Shown here piece by piece: positions 38,969 through 48,843 of a stretch of 64,000 nt of DNA. Under the pieces are notes generated by a model. That model was not told the DNA's origin and made no database searches. It worked only from the letters and a program-made list of their open reading frames with translations. Every line of letters begins with the position of its first letter. The first letter of the stretch is position 1. Location: NCBI GenBank assembly GCA_023245155.1, contig JAHFKV010000001.1:527323-591322 (forward strand), read 5' to 3'. The position numbers were made by a program, and so were the translations under genes. The stretch is from Candidatus Staskawiczbacteria bacterium (GTDB lineage: Bacteria > Patescibacteriota > Minisyncoccia > Minisyncoccales > Staskawiczbacteraceae).

Positions 38969-39721
38969 ATGGAACAAGAAAAGCAATCAGTAATCATAGA
39001 AATCCGAGCAGGCACCGGCGGAGACGAGGCTGGGCTTTTTGTGCGTGACATGCACCGCATGTACTCAAAATATGCCGCCAGCCAAGGCTGGTCAAACAAA
39101 ATTATGGATTCGGATATGTCCGACGTGGGCGGCTACAAACAAATTGTCTTTGAACTTTCCGGATCGGGCGCCTACGACGCCATGCAATACGAAAGCGGCG
39201 TGCATCGCGTCCAGCGCATTCCCAAAACAGAAAAACAAGGGCGCGTGCATACCTCAACCATCACCATTGCTGTTTTAAATAAACCCAAAAGAATTGAATT
39301 AATTATCCGGCCCGAAGATTTAAAAATTGATACCTACCGTTCTTCTGGAGCCGGTGGACAACACGTTAACAAAACCGAGTCGGCTATTAGAATAACCCAC
39401 AAGCCAACGGGAGTTGTTGTAACTTCGCAATCGGAAAGAAGCCAGCACCAAAACAAAGAAAATGCCATGGGAATTTTGGCCGCCAGAATTTTGCAGGCGC
39501 AGGAAGAGTCCGATATGTCGGCGCTAACCGAAGAACGCCGACAACAAATCGGCTGGGCCAAGAGAAGCGAAAAAACCCGCACCTATAATTATCCGCAAAA
39601 TAGAATCACCGACCATCGCATTGGTAAAAGTTGGCACAACCTGGAAGATATTGTGGAGGGCAACATGGAGCCCATCATGAAAGCGTTTAAAAATTTAAAA
39701 AAAGAAGAATCGGCTCAATAA
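38969..39721 (+). CDS. prfA: Peptide chain release factor 1-like, lacking N-terminal domain 1
   Basis: RVQRIPKTEKQGRVHTSTITIAV (PxT tripeptide as PKT), SSGAGGQHVNKTESAIRITH GGQ motif; begins at the equivalent of E. coli RF1 residue ~110 with an in-frame TGA 15 nt upstream. Confidence 0.8.
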   Translation: MEQEKQSVIIEIRAGTGGDEAGLFVRDMHRMYSKYAASQGWSNKIMDSDMSDVGGYKQIVFELSGSGAYDAMQYESGVHRVQRIPKTEKQGRVHTSTITIAVLNKPKRIELIIRPEDLKIDTYRSSGAGGQHVNKTESAIRITHKPTGVVVTSQSERSQHQNKENAMGILAARILQAQEESDMSALTEERRQQIGWAKRSEKTRTYNYPQNRITDHRIGKSWHNLEDIVEGNMEPIMKAFKNLKKEESAQ

Positions 39722-39910
39722 GCCGATTTTTTGTAAATGAAAAACCCATCTTAGCCGAATCGAAATCCGGAACTACTAAGATGGGCCGAACCGAACAGGA
39801 ACTCCTTTATTCTAGTGTATACATGTTTGCGTGTCAAATAAAAAACCAAATTTTTGTAAAAAAACTACCCTACAGAACAAGTCTGTAGGGGTCTTTCCAA
39901 TTTTGCGCCC

Positions 39911-40147
39911 TCATGGCGCCTTCTTTTCTTGGGTCTTCGCCTGCTCGGCTTTTTCCCGGGCCTCTTCCATTGGCCGCAAGAAATAAAACCAGAAACCCGC
40001 CACCAGAGCCACGATTAATAACGCTCTCATGGCGTCTCTGGCATTCAAGCTACTGAACATATGGCAAATCCTTCCCAAAAAGAGAAAAAACATATTCGGC
40101 CTGCCACAGCCATGGGCGAAATGCCCTTTGACAACGAACTTACCCAT
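39911..40147 (-). CDS. Small membrane protein (78 aa), hypothetical
   Basis: TM helix ALLIVALVAGFWFYFL, Lys/Glu-rich tail; ATG sits 4-5 nt after a -10 element (leaderless layout). Confidence 0.4.
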   Translation of the reverse strand: MGKFVVKGHFAHGCGRPNMFFLFLGRICHMFSSLNARDAMRALLIVALVAGFWFYFLRPMEEAREKAEQAKTQEKKAP

Positions 40148-40149
40148 AT

Positions 40150-40190
40150 TGTTTATATCACAAAAAAAGCGTGCTTGTCAATAGCACGCC
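40150..40190 (-). promoter_or_regulatory. Overlapping terminator hairpin and promoter TTGACA-17-ATATAA-(4nt)-AUG
   Basis: Minus-sense GGCGUGCU-AUUGACA-AGCACGC + U7 terminates the upstream SLT gene. The same DNA carries TTGACA (40176-40181) and ATATAA (40153-40158) placing a TSS at or near the A of the downstream AUG. Confidence 0.45.
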
Positions 40191-40199
40191 AATTTTCAA

Positions 40200-40251
40200 C
40201 CTTTATACCCTTCTATCTATTACCTTCGGCATAATAAGTCGGGTATAAGTG
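40200..40251. repeat. 3'-UTR hairpin repeat, copy 2
   Basis: CCTTTATACCCTTCTATCTATTACCTTCGGCATAATAAGTCGGGTATAAGTG, 24 nt after the SLT-protein stop; 3 substitutions versus copy 1. Confidence 0.55.
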
Positions 40252-40275
40252 TAGAAAAATTGTGATTTTTCAACC

Positions 40276-41658
40276 TTACCCGCCAATCGTCGCGATATCG
40301 TTTTCGTATTGAGTTGCGAACCTTAAAACAGAATTCGCATACGACCGGCATTCGGACCGGCCATAGCTTCCTCCACAATAATACTTGGCGGCAGCAACCG
40401 ACTCGCTACTCAACGCCCCATTATCTTTCAACAATAACCCTGAAGCCAAAAAGGCATTTCTAATGTTCCAGGGATTGGCTAAACTGCCCACCATGGCGGT
40501 AACTTGGTCAGTATACAAAGTCCAGGTTGAAGCGATAAACTGGGCCGGCCCCATGGCTCCGCCCCAACCGTAAGGCACTCCGCCTGAATACAACGGTATC
40601 CAACAGGAAACCGGTGTATTTGACCAATTCATCCCCAAGTTTTGCGTTAATGTTTTGAAGGCAGGAATAGATTTTGGGTTCATTACGCGCTGCTTAGTTA
40701 TTTTTCCAGCCAAATTAGTGCCGCTTCCCGTAGTGTCATCTGTTACGTAGCATTGTCCCACGTTCCTGCCCAAATTTGATTCTTGTGTTAAGATGGCCAA
40801 CAAAAATGCCGGCCGCACGCCCGTAATGCCAGAAACATATTTGGCAATGGCCACCGCTTCCCCGAAGGTGGGAGCATTGGAAACCCCAATCAAATCGAAA
40901 ATCCTGGCCTTAATGGTTGCGGCGCTTTTATCGGCCGCGGCTTTGTCAGCTTGCTGTTTTTGATATTGTGCTTCAGTAAGCTTTAAATACGTTTCCTGCT
41001 GTTTTTTATTTTGCTCATTTTCCTGCTTTTGCTGGGTTTGGATTTGAATAGTTTTTTGCAGCTGGGATTTTTCCGTATCCATCTTATCTCTCTGGTTTTG
41101 CAAATAGGCTTTTAAGTTAGTGGTACTTTCCAACAAGTCTGAAACTTTGGTGTTCAAGCTTCCCAAATAGGCCACATTACTGAAAAAATCAGAGAGTTTT
41201 CCATCTAACAAAATAACAAATGAAGGTTTCTTATCCTCTTGGTAAACAGCATTCAAAATGGTTGAAATCTGCTGTTGGGAACTTTCAATTTTCGTCGTAG
41301 TTTTATCAATAGAAGTTTGAGTGTCATTAATCTGTAAATTCAAGTCTTTGACCATCAAGGTTCCTTCTTTTATCTTGCCTTCCAAGCCGGTAATTTTTTT
41401 CTTCAGCGTGGAAACGGCATTTTGCAGGGTATTTTTTTGCGCGGAGGTTTTGGTAATATCCTGGGCAATCTGGGCGCTTTGCTGGTCGTAATAATCAGCG
41501 CAACGCTGCAATTGAGCCTGGCAATCGGCCTTGCTCATATTTTGGCAGCTGGTGTCTGAACTGGAAATCTGCGCACAAAGAACGCCCAAGGTATCGGCAT
41601 GGGTCGCTATGGGCAACAACAATAAACACAGGGCAATAAGGGATATTTTATATCGCAT
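40276..41658 (-). CDS. Secreted coiled-coil protein with C-terminal lytic-transglycosylase (SLT-like) domain
   Basis: Signal peptide, ~250 aa Gln/Lys-rich coiled coil, then ILTQESNLG (catalytic Glu) and GAMGPAQF blocks typical of SLT/lysozyme-like folds. Confidence 0.6.
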   Translation of the reverse strand: MRYKISLIALCLLLLPIATHADTLGVLCAQISSSDTSCQNMSKADCQAQLQRCADYYDQQSAQIAQDITKTSAQKNTLQNAVSTLKKKITGLEGKIKEGTLMVKDLNLQINDTQTSIDKTTTKIESSQQQISTILNAVYQEDKKPSFVILLDGKLSDFFSNVAYLGSLNTKVSDLLESTTNLKAYLQNQRDKMDTEKSQLQKTIQIQTQQKQENEQNKKQQETYLKLTEAQYQKQQADKAAADKSAATIKARIFDLIGVSNAPTFGEAVAIAKYVSGITGVRPAFLLAILTQESNLGRNVGQCYVTDDTTGSGTNLAGKITKQRVMNPKSIPAFKTLTQNLGMNWSNTPVSCWIPLYSGGVPYGWGGAMGPAQFIASTWTLYTDQVTAMVGSLANPWNIRNAFLASGLLLKDNGALSSESVAAAKYYCGGSYGRSECRSYANSVLRFATQYENDIATIGG

Positions 41659-41704
41659 GGCTCTTATTATACACCATACGAATCAGGCAAGCAAAAAGGC
41701 CCGT

Positions 41705-42394
41705 TTAGGCCTTTTTTTCCTTTGCCTCGCCGGAGCCTTTGGCAGGGGCGGGTTCTTTAGGAGCTTTTTTATCGGGATCTTCAATTAGCACTTCTTCTTT
41801 CTTTTCTTTCTCAACCTTTTCAACATCTTCCACATTTTCTACAATTTCAGCAGCTAATTCTTCTTCCACTTTTACTGGAGCCAATACAGCAGCCACAATT
41901 TCATCTGGGCCCTTCATAACCTGGATATTGGCCGGCAATTTCAAATCTTTCACTAAAATATGGTCTTCAAAGGTTTTTAAACCGGAAATATCAACTTTAA
42001 TTTCGTGAGGTAAATTTAATGGCATGGCCCTTACTTCAATTTCCAGCATATTCTTGTTCAAGGTTCCACCCAAATCTTTTTCGGCCAGAGCTACACCTTC
42101 AAACACCAAGGGTACGGCCACTTCAACTTCTTCCTTTAAATCAGCCTGGTAAAAATCAATGTGAATAACCTTTTCAGTCAGCGGATCTTTCTGGATTTCG
42201 TGCACCAACACCGGACGCGTTTCCTTGCCAATGACAAGCTCAACCAAAGAACTCTCCCCGGCTTTTCGGAACACTTTAATAAATTCCTTTTCATCCACGG
42301 CAATATTGGCATTTTTCACCCCTGGGCCATACACAACGGCCTTAATCATGCTTTCGCCAAATTCCTCTCTTGGTTTTGCGTTAAGTGAAATCAT
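41705..42394 (-). CDS. rplY: 50S ribosomal protein L25 (Ctc form)
   Basis: L25 N-domain (REEFGESMIKAVVYG), beta-barrel C-domain and acidic/Lys-rich tail. Confidence 0.85.
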   Translation of the reverse strand: MISLNAKPREEFGESMIKAVVYGPGVKNANIAVDEKEFIKVFRKAGESSLVELVIGKETRPVLVHEIQKDPLTEKVIHIDFYQADLKEEVEVAVPLVFEGVALAEKDLGGTLNKNMLEIEVRAMPLNLPHEIKVDISGLKTFEDHILVKDLKLPANIQVMKGPDEIVAAVLAPVKVEEELAAEIVENVEDVEKVEKEKKEEVLIEDPDKKAPKEPAPAKGSGEAKEKKA

Positions 42395-42413
42395 ATCCCA
42401 CTATTCTACTTTA

Positions 42414-43271
42414 TTATCCCTTGTTTGTAAAGAGTTTAATATACTTTTCTACAACCTGCCTGCAGGCCTCAATGGCTTCGGGCAAATACTTGTACGGCAC
42501 AATTTCATCCTTATCAATTTCCAGTTTTTTACGGAGCGTATTGGAAAATGCCAGCCGTGTTTCCGTATTAATATTAATCTTGCAAATCCCTAATTTTATG
42601 GCCTCTTTTATATCTTGGTCTGGAGTACCACTTCCGCCGTGTAAAACCAATGGTAATTCAATTTTGTTTTTAATTTCCCGCAACCTATCCATACGCAAAT
42701 TTGGCGAAACGCCCGTCACATCCATACCATGAAACGTTCCCACACTTACCGCCAGCACATCCACTCCGGTTTTTTTCACATACAGCTCTGCATCTTTTAC
42801 CTGAGTCAAGTCTTCTTCTTTAATCTGGAATTTTTCCGTGTAGAGCTTGGAAGCATCAGTGCCAATTCTACCCACCTCACCCTCAACTACAATTCCCTTG
42901 CGCTTAGCATAGGCCACCACTTTTTTACTAATTTTTATATTCTCTTCTAGTGGCAACTTTGACCCGTCAAAATGCACCATATCGTATCCAGTATCCATGG
43001 CCTCTTTTACATATTCAAAAGATTTTCCATGGTCTAAATTTAAAAATATCGGCAGACCTGTTTTTTTCCTCAACACATTTCGCATCGCCACGGCTTCTTG
43101 CAATCCCACAAATTTACTCTCGCCCTCAGATGTACCCAAAATCACCGGGCTTTTTAGATTCTGCGCTGCCGCCAAAATTCCCCGCACCTGCGACCAGTCG
43201 GAGAAGTTGAATTGTCCAATCGCCCATTTTTCTTTCTTCGCTTTCGCAAAGTAATATTTTAGTGTTTTCAT
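42414..43271 (-). CDS. fba: Class II fructose-bisphosphate aldolase
   Basis: LDHGKSFEY, metal-binding His (HFDGS, LHGGSG), TIM-barrel length 285 aa. Confidence 0.9.
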   Translation of the reverse strand: MKTLKYYFAKAKKEKWAIGQFNFSDWSQVRGILAAAQNLKSPVILGTSEGESKFVGLQEAVAMRNVLRKKTGLPIFLNLDHGKSFEYVKEAMDTGYDMVHFDGSKLPLEENIKISKKVVAYAKRKGIVVEGEVGRIGTDASKLYTEKFQIKEEDLTQVKDAELYVKKTGVDVLAVSVGTFHGMDVTGVSPNLRMDRLREIKNKIELPLVLHGGSGTPDQDIKEAIKLGICKININTETRLAFSNTLRKKLEIDKDEIVPYKYLPEAIEACRQVVEKYIKLFTNKG

Positions 43272-43272
43272 G

Positions 43273-45579
43273 TTATTTTGTAAAATTGAAGCTACTAATT
43301 ATGTTCGAAATGAAGCCTTGTCCCCACGCTAATTGACCAAACTTTATCACAATCGATTTATCAGGGCTGATTGCGTAAAAACCTTCGTTTTTACACACCG
43401 GACCAGAGGTTTGCATAGTCTGAACCGAGCTAATACTATCGTATTGAAATTTTCCTAAATTCGCCTGAAGATCGCTTGAGCTCATAATATCACAGTGGTT
43501 ATCGTTGCTATCGTTAAAAAGTTTAGTTAACCAACTTTGAAGGCTGGCCTTTGTGGGATTACTATAAACCTGGATGGTCCATTGCCCTTTTTGATTGTGA
43601 AAATTGGCATCGTTTTGAATGTAGTCAATTATTATCTTACTACTTCCACTATTCGTCACGGTAACACTATCTTTTGGGTAGGAAAATGTAAAATTATACG
43701 TATTATTTGTGTATGTTTTACTACTAGCGGTTAAAGAATTTGGAGACACAACAGTTGCGTTAGTTGGAACTTGTGAGGGAGTTATCTTTTTAATCAATTC
43801 ATCAAACTTCTGCAAAACTTCCTGATTATTACTATCAGTAAAAAATGCTATTTTATTATCAAACATTTTTTCGCATTTTACGTGCCCCTGGGAAGCCGCA
43901 CAGTTATTTGATACCCCAGTAACGTGTATGAAATCTTTCCCCTCCATAGTTTCGCCGGGAAAAATAAATAAATCAGTGTTAAAGTCATTTTTATCAATGA
44001 CAGATTTCACGTTCCAAGTAGAAGGATAGGGAATGGCAAAAATGGAATAGTCATAATCCCAACTCAGAATCCTCCAGCTATTATTATCTTTAGCTGCATC
44101 TACTTTTATATCCTTCAGATATTTTACCGTCTGATTACCGGCATCGGGTACCACTTCTTCCACAATCCACCAGAGCTTATCTTCCCTTGCCGCCCCATAG
44201 GCGATATATTTACCATCGGGGCTGAAACGAATACTTCCATCGGCAAAAGCTCCAAATGTTTGGCCAGGCTTGTCGTTAATGGCAACAAAATTTCCATAAC
44301 CATCAGTAATGGAGACTTGGTTTGCAGGAGAAACCTTGTAGGCTACGTCTTTATTATTAGGAGCAAAAACAGGATCGCTAATATGACCACAAGAATAGTC
44401 CTTAGATTCAAAGACTACATTAGAGCCCTGCTTGACAAAAACATGCACTTGGTTAGTTTCAAGTTCACCACAACCACCGTTTACTTCAATTGAAGCAGTT
44501 TTCTTATCATCAGAGCTCTGTACTGATGCAGGAGGATTATATACAACATCTCCCACAGAAAAACGCTCTGATCCAACAACATACACTGTTCCATTTTCTT
44601 GCGGCGGACCACTAAAAACAATGCTGGAACTATTGCGATTTTTTGTTACAAGAACTGATTGATTTTTATCTAATTGCCCTCCAAAAATATTCTTATAGAG
44701 AATAAAGAAAAGGTTATTACTGTCTTTGGAAAATACAAGACCGACTTGGCCCGAATAAAAATCTTTTGGTATTTCAAATGCTTTGTTATCCACAATAACA
44801 TAACCAGTATTGCCAAAATGCTCAAAATACGCGGCACGCGTTCCATCCGGACTGAATGTCAAACTATCAGCCTCCAAATAAAAATGACCCCTATTTTCGG
44901 AAAGCTGCGTAAAGTTTTCAGGAATCGGAATAACATGGGTAGAAAGACTAAAAGGAGCCTCTGCGCCCTCTTTGGCTTTTACCACAACCGCTCTCGTAGG
45001 TACAATACTAGTTTTTGGTAATGGTATTGGCGATCCAAATGAGAGGAAATAGGCACCGGCAATTAAAAGTAAACCAACAGTAACAAATAAAACTAACCTT
45101 AATTTCGTTCTTTTTGGTCTTGCAGCTACATTGTTGACTACAGCCGCGGTTTCTCCTTGTGATTGTCCAACTGGCATTACTGGTGAAAAATTCAAATCAT
45201 TTTTTCTCGTAAATTTCTCCTTAACAGCAATCACAATACCTATTATCAAAAAAATAATCATCAATGGCTGCGTTACAAGTACCACCGGAAAAAACAACAA
45301 ACCGCCAATTCCCAAAAGAAGGATAAGAAAACTAGATACTGCAAAAATAACTCCTACATATAATGACCATTTTATAAGTCTATTGATTTCTAAAACTCTA
45401 AAAGCAAATAATAAACCCAATAGCAAATATATCCCACCCCAAAAGACTCCTCCGCTACCCCCATGCCAATAAATGGAAGTATATAGAGCTTCTACACCAA
45501 AGAATAGTGCGCTCAAAATAAAAAACAGAACTTTGGAAAAAATGCCACCGATGTCTTTTGATAAAAAATTAAAATTCAT
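43273..45579 (-). CDS. Membrane-anchored TolB-like beta-propeller protein
   Basis: Four N-terminal TM helices, then ~600 aa with repeated FSPDG(T/K)..AY blocks typical of TolB/WD40-like propellers. Confidence 0.55.
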   Translation of the reverse strand: MNFNFLSKDIGGIFSKVLFFILSALFFGVEALYTSIYWHGGSGGVFWGGIYLLLGLLFAFRVLEINRLIKWSLYVGVIFAVSSFLILLLGIGGLLFFPVVLVTQPLMIIFLIIGIVIAVKEKFTRKNDLNFSPVMPVGQSQGETAAVVNNVAARPKRTKLRLVLFVTVGLLLIAGAYFLSFGSPIPLPKTSIVPTRAVVVKAKEGAEAPFSLSTHVIPIPENFTQLSENRGHFYLEADSLTFSPDGTRAAYFEHFGNTGYVIVDNKAFEIPKDFYSGQVGLVFSKDSNNLFFILYKNIFGGQLDKNQSVLVTKNRNSSSIVFSGPPQENGTVYVVGSERFSVGDVVYNPPASVQSSDDKKTASIEVNGGCGELETNQVHVFVKQGSNVVFESKDYSCGHISDPVFAPNNKDVAYKVSPANQVSITDGYGNFVAINDKPGQTFGAFADGSIRFSPDGKYIAYGAAREDKLWWIVEEVVPDAGNQTVKYLKDIKVDAAKDNNSWRILSWDYDYSIFAIPYPSTWNVKSVIDKNDFNTDLFIFPGETMEGKDFIHVTGVSNNCAASQGHVKCEKMFDNKIAFFTDSNNQEVLQKFDELIKKITPSQVPTNATVVSPNSLTASSKTYTNNTYNFTFSYPKDSVTVTNSGSSKIIIDYIQNDANFHNQKGQWTIQVYSNPTKASLQSWLTKLFNDSNDNHCDIMSSSDLQANLGKFQYDSISSVQTMQTSGPVCKNEGFYAISPDKSIVIKFGQLAWGQGFISNIISSFNFTK

Positions 45580-45590
45580 TTAGTAATCAC

Positions 45591-47138
45591 TTAATACGCT
45601 AGGAAAGGAAAAACCGGGTTGTTGTCAATTCTCATGGTGTTAAGGTCGACATCAATGCCTCCTCCGGGAGAACCAAAGGAATTTAAGATAAACGCAAGTT
45701 CTCCGCGTTGGCCGGCAAATTGTTCAATCGGAACATGAGCCAGGGTCTTGCTTTTTAAATCAACCACTTCTCCGGGAACCAGGGTATGCAGGAAAATAAG
45801 TTTATTATTGAAAAATACGTTAAAGTACGCGCTGTTATCAGGGTTGCTCGAAAGTCTAAAGTAAAAATAAAGAGTTTTAGCGTTTTTGGGCACATAAAAA
45901 TACTCTTTTTTAATAATACTGACAGAATCTCTGATGAAAGCATTCCCTATCTTTGTGTCCCCCAAACCAACAGCGCCTATCTGGTTAACCGCGAGCTGCT
46001 TGGCTGACTTGGCATAGGCTTCCGAAAGAACTGTGCCAGTAACCGGATTTTTCCCGGCTTGAACTTCTGCCTGGTCGCCAATACCATTACCGTTTGAATC
46101 TGCTACCAATGGATTTGAGCCAAAAATAAATTCTTGAATATTATTTAAACCATCACTGTCTTCATCCCACACAGGATTAACGCATTTATCACAACCAAAA
46201 TATTTCTTTTCCCAGCTATTCCAAAGATAGTCATACACCCCATTCGGTTCGGTCCTAATATATTTACTCTCACGCTGCACGAAACTACCAAATTCATTAA
46301 CAGCCGCGGGTTTAGCTATAACCTCTTTATTGGTACCGTAATTTGTAATAATTACGTTAGCTTTTTTGATACCAGAACCAGTGTTTTCCGTCTCAAATGA
46401 AAATGCTTCTATCGCATAATTTTTGGCGTCAATTTTAATGGAAACTTTGGGAGATAAAATAGTACCTTTAGAAATTCCCAACATGTTCAACAGAGATTCT
46501 GGAACCTGATTGGAGGTAATTAGAATATGCTTTGATCCACCCTCATCAACCAGCTCAATTTTTGGATTGCTAATTTCTACCAATGCGCTGGTTATATTTT
46601 TTGCTGACAGAAGGGATAATGTGTTTACCAATTTTCCCTCGGTGCTCTCCGTTTTAATTTGATAGTAGCTGTTATCATACGGATCTTGCGCGTATATCTT
46701 ATCATTAATCACCACAACATTTGTTGGAGACTCTCCTATCCCCGCTACGGTGGAATTAGTAATAGTGGTTGGCAACTTGACCGCCAAGCTGATTGCCGAT
46801 GACGAAGCCACCGATTTACTTACTTGTGTGGAACCAACCCCATCCACCAATGTAATGTTTTCATGATAGTTGTCGGTACTCTCCATATTTTTTTCAACCA
46901 GCGAAAAAGTGCGTTCGGTAGAGGGCAAAAAACTATTCAAGAATTTCTGGCCGGAAAATGTGAAAAATAGAAAGAATGAAAAAGCACCAACGACCAATAC
47001 AATTACCAAAAGCATAGCCAATACTATTGGGAGAATGCTTTTTTGTGTCGTTGGCTCTGGTGAATCTTGAGCCGGTTCTGGCTGTAGAACTGGCGCTTGT
47101 TGAAAAGTATCCATGATTAATATATGTAAACTAAACAA
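45591..47138 (-). CDS. Secreted hypothetical protein with Ca-binding (TSP3/dockerin-like) Asp-rich loop
   Basis: TM/signal anchor after Pro/Gln-rich N-terminus; WDEDSDGLNNIQE..DSNGNGIGDQ DxDxDG-type loops. Confidence 0.5.
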   Translation of the reverse strand: MFSLHILIMDTFQQAPVLQPEPAQDSPEPTTQKSILPIVLAMLLVIVLVVGAFSFFLFFTFSGQKFLNSFLPSTERTFSLVEKNMESTDNYHENITLVDGVGSTQVSKSVASSSAISLAVKLPTTITNSTVAGIGESPTNVVVINDKIYAQDPYDNSYYQIKTESTEGKLVNTLSLLSAKNITSALVEISNPKIELVDEGGSKHILITSNQVPESLLNMLGISKGTILSPKVSIKIDAKNYAIEAFSFETENTGSGIKKANVIITNYGTNKEVIAKPAAVNEFGSFVQRESKYIRTEPNGVYDYLWNSWEKKYFGCDKCVNPVWDEDSDGLNNIQEFIFGSNPLVADSNGNGIGDQAEVQAGKNPVTGTVLSEAYAKSAKQLAVNQIGAVGLGDTKIGNAFIRDSVSIIKKEYFYVPKNAKTLYFYFRLSSNPDNSAYFNVFFNNKLIFLHTLVPGEVVDLKSKTLAHVPIEQFAGQRGELAFILNSFGSPGGGIDVDLNTMRIDNNPVFPFLAY

Positions 47139-47164
47139 TACTATCTTTTTTTACTTCTACTCTT

Positions 47165-47836
47165 TTAAACCTCGTTATTTTTTGCGAAATCAGCAACAAA
47201 TTTTTTCATACTAGAGTCATATTTTTTCAAAAGAAACTTAATATCACCGGTGAAAGCATCTGGTAATTGTTTGATTTCTTCTTCTAAATCAGGCAGAGAG
47301 TAAAATAATACCCCTTTAGCCTCACGATCTACTGGGCGAATGCGGCCATCATATATTCCATAATAAAGATGAACTTTGTTGGCGATAATAACCTTTTCGT
47401 TGTTAAATAATTTTTCAAGCAAATGGATACTCGCTTCTTCGTGATGAATAATAGCAATTGTTTCCAAATAATCCGCTAAGAGATTAAATGTTTTTCGAAA
47501 ATCATGACCACCCTTCAGTACGATTGATGGCGTTTGTAATTCTTGAATGGTTTCGACCATAACGGTGTAATCTGATGTGTCGCCGTACTGGATATGCCCA
47601 CCAATAGATTTATCCAAAAGCCCCGGATTATGCTTTTTATCAAATGAGCGTTTCTGGACAAGAAGCTCACCATGACTATTAAAAATAAAGATATCTACCA
47701 ATTCTACTGCCCTTGTTGGTTTGCCTGTTTTTTTATAGATTTCAATTTGTTCTTGATAAAATACCGTTCGATCCATTGGAACAACAACATTTGGATTATC
47801 GAGCAGATAGGTATTAATAATTTCTGTTTTTTCCAT
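47165..47836 (-). CDS. NUDIX-fold hydrolase (isopentenyl-diphosphate-isomerase-like)
   Basis: FIFNSHGELLVQKRSFDKKHNPGLLDKSIGGHIQYGDT..ETIQELQ resembles type-1 IPP isomerase / Nudix box region; assignment tentative. Confidence 0.4.
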   Translation of the reverse strand: MEKTEIINTYLLDNPNVVVPMDRTVFYQEQIEIYKKTGKPTRAVELVDIFIFNSHGELLVQKRSFDKKHNPGLLDKSIGGHIQYGDTSDYTVMVETIQELQTPSIVLKGGHDFRKTFNLLADYLETIAIIHHEEASIHLLEKLFNNEKVIIANKVHLYYGIYDGRIRPVDREAKGVLFYSLPDLEEEIKQLPDAFTGDIKFLLKKYDSSMKKFVADFAKNNEV

Positions 47837-47846
47837 ATTACATACT

Positions 47847-48824
47847 TTAAGCGGGATTTTTCCCCACTGATACCTTTGTAAACTCTTGGCCTTTTTTCAA
47901 AAGCCCGTTCTTGGCGCCGATTTGGGACAAACACCCAATTGAATTAGCCATGCCAAGCTGCACAGCCGCTTCAATATCACCGCTTCTCATGTATTCTGAC
48001 ACAAATCCTGATCCAAACGAATCCCCCGCCCCAGTGGTATCCACAACTTTTCTATCTTCTGGTGGTACGGCTGAATATATCGTCTGCCCATTCGAAACCA
48101 TCACACCTTCTCCTCCACGTGTCATCACCGCCACCCCTGGGCAGATTTCATCTATTTTAGAAAAAATTTCTTTAGTATTTTTAGCCGGAATTTTCGTTAA
48201 AAAACTGGCTTCTTCCTGATTCATAATCAGCACGTCAATGCGCTTGGTAATTTCCTTAAAGCGTGGCAAAGAAAGCTGGGCCAAACCGGGATTTACCGCA
48301 ATTTTTATCTTGCGCTCAAAAGCAAAGTTTACCAAATCCTCAAAACTGTCGCACAATAATCCTGACAGTGGTGCTAGATACAGCCACTTAGTTTTCAATT
48401 TTCCCCACGGAATATCTTTTTTATCCAGCAATTCCGCCGCCCCCCGGTAGGCCAAAATGGTTCTGTCCAGCCCGCTATTTAAAATAACAATGGAGTGGTT
48501 GGTGGATTTTTTGTCTGTTTTTCTGACAAGTTTCGTGTCAACGCGCAGTGCTTTTAATTCGTTCAGTATTCCTTGGCCTGCTAAATCTTGGCCAATAGTG
48601 CCGCAAAACGCCGTTTTAAACCCTTGAGCCACAAATGTGGCAGCGGTGTTAGTACCCCCGCCACCACTATAAAATTGCATGTCTTCAATTTCCACCTTCG
48701 AGCCAATCGGAAAACAAACATCCGCATGGTTTGCGGAGCTTTTATCATATTTTAAAGCTGTCAGCTTTTTAGGTTTTACAATAATATCCTGGGTGGCTGA
48801 TCCAAACGTGATAATATCAAACAT
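47847..48824 (-). CDS. PfkB-family carbohydrate kinase (ribokinase-like)
   Basis: GGGGTNTA N-terminal Gly-rich motif and DTTGAGDSF C-terminal motif. Confidence 0.8.
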   Translation of the reverse strand: MFDIITFGSATQDIIVKPKKLTALKYDKSSANHADVCFPIGSKVEIEDMQFYSGGGGTNTAATFVAQGFKTAFCGTIGQDLAGQGILNELKALRVDTKLVRKTDKKSTNHSIVILNSGLDRTILAYRGAAELLDKKDIPWGKLKTKWLYLAPLSGLLCDSFEDLVNFAFERKIKIAVNPGLAQLSLPRFKEITKRIDVLIMNQEEASFLTKIPAKNTKEIFSKIDEICPGVAVMTRGGEGVMVSNGQTIYSAVPPEDRKVVDTTGAGDSFGSGFVSEYMRSGDIEAAVQLGMANSIGCLSQIGAKNGLLKKGQEFTKVSVGKNPA

Positions 48825-48843
48825 GAATTTATGGATACCTTAG

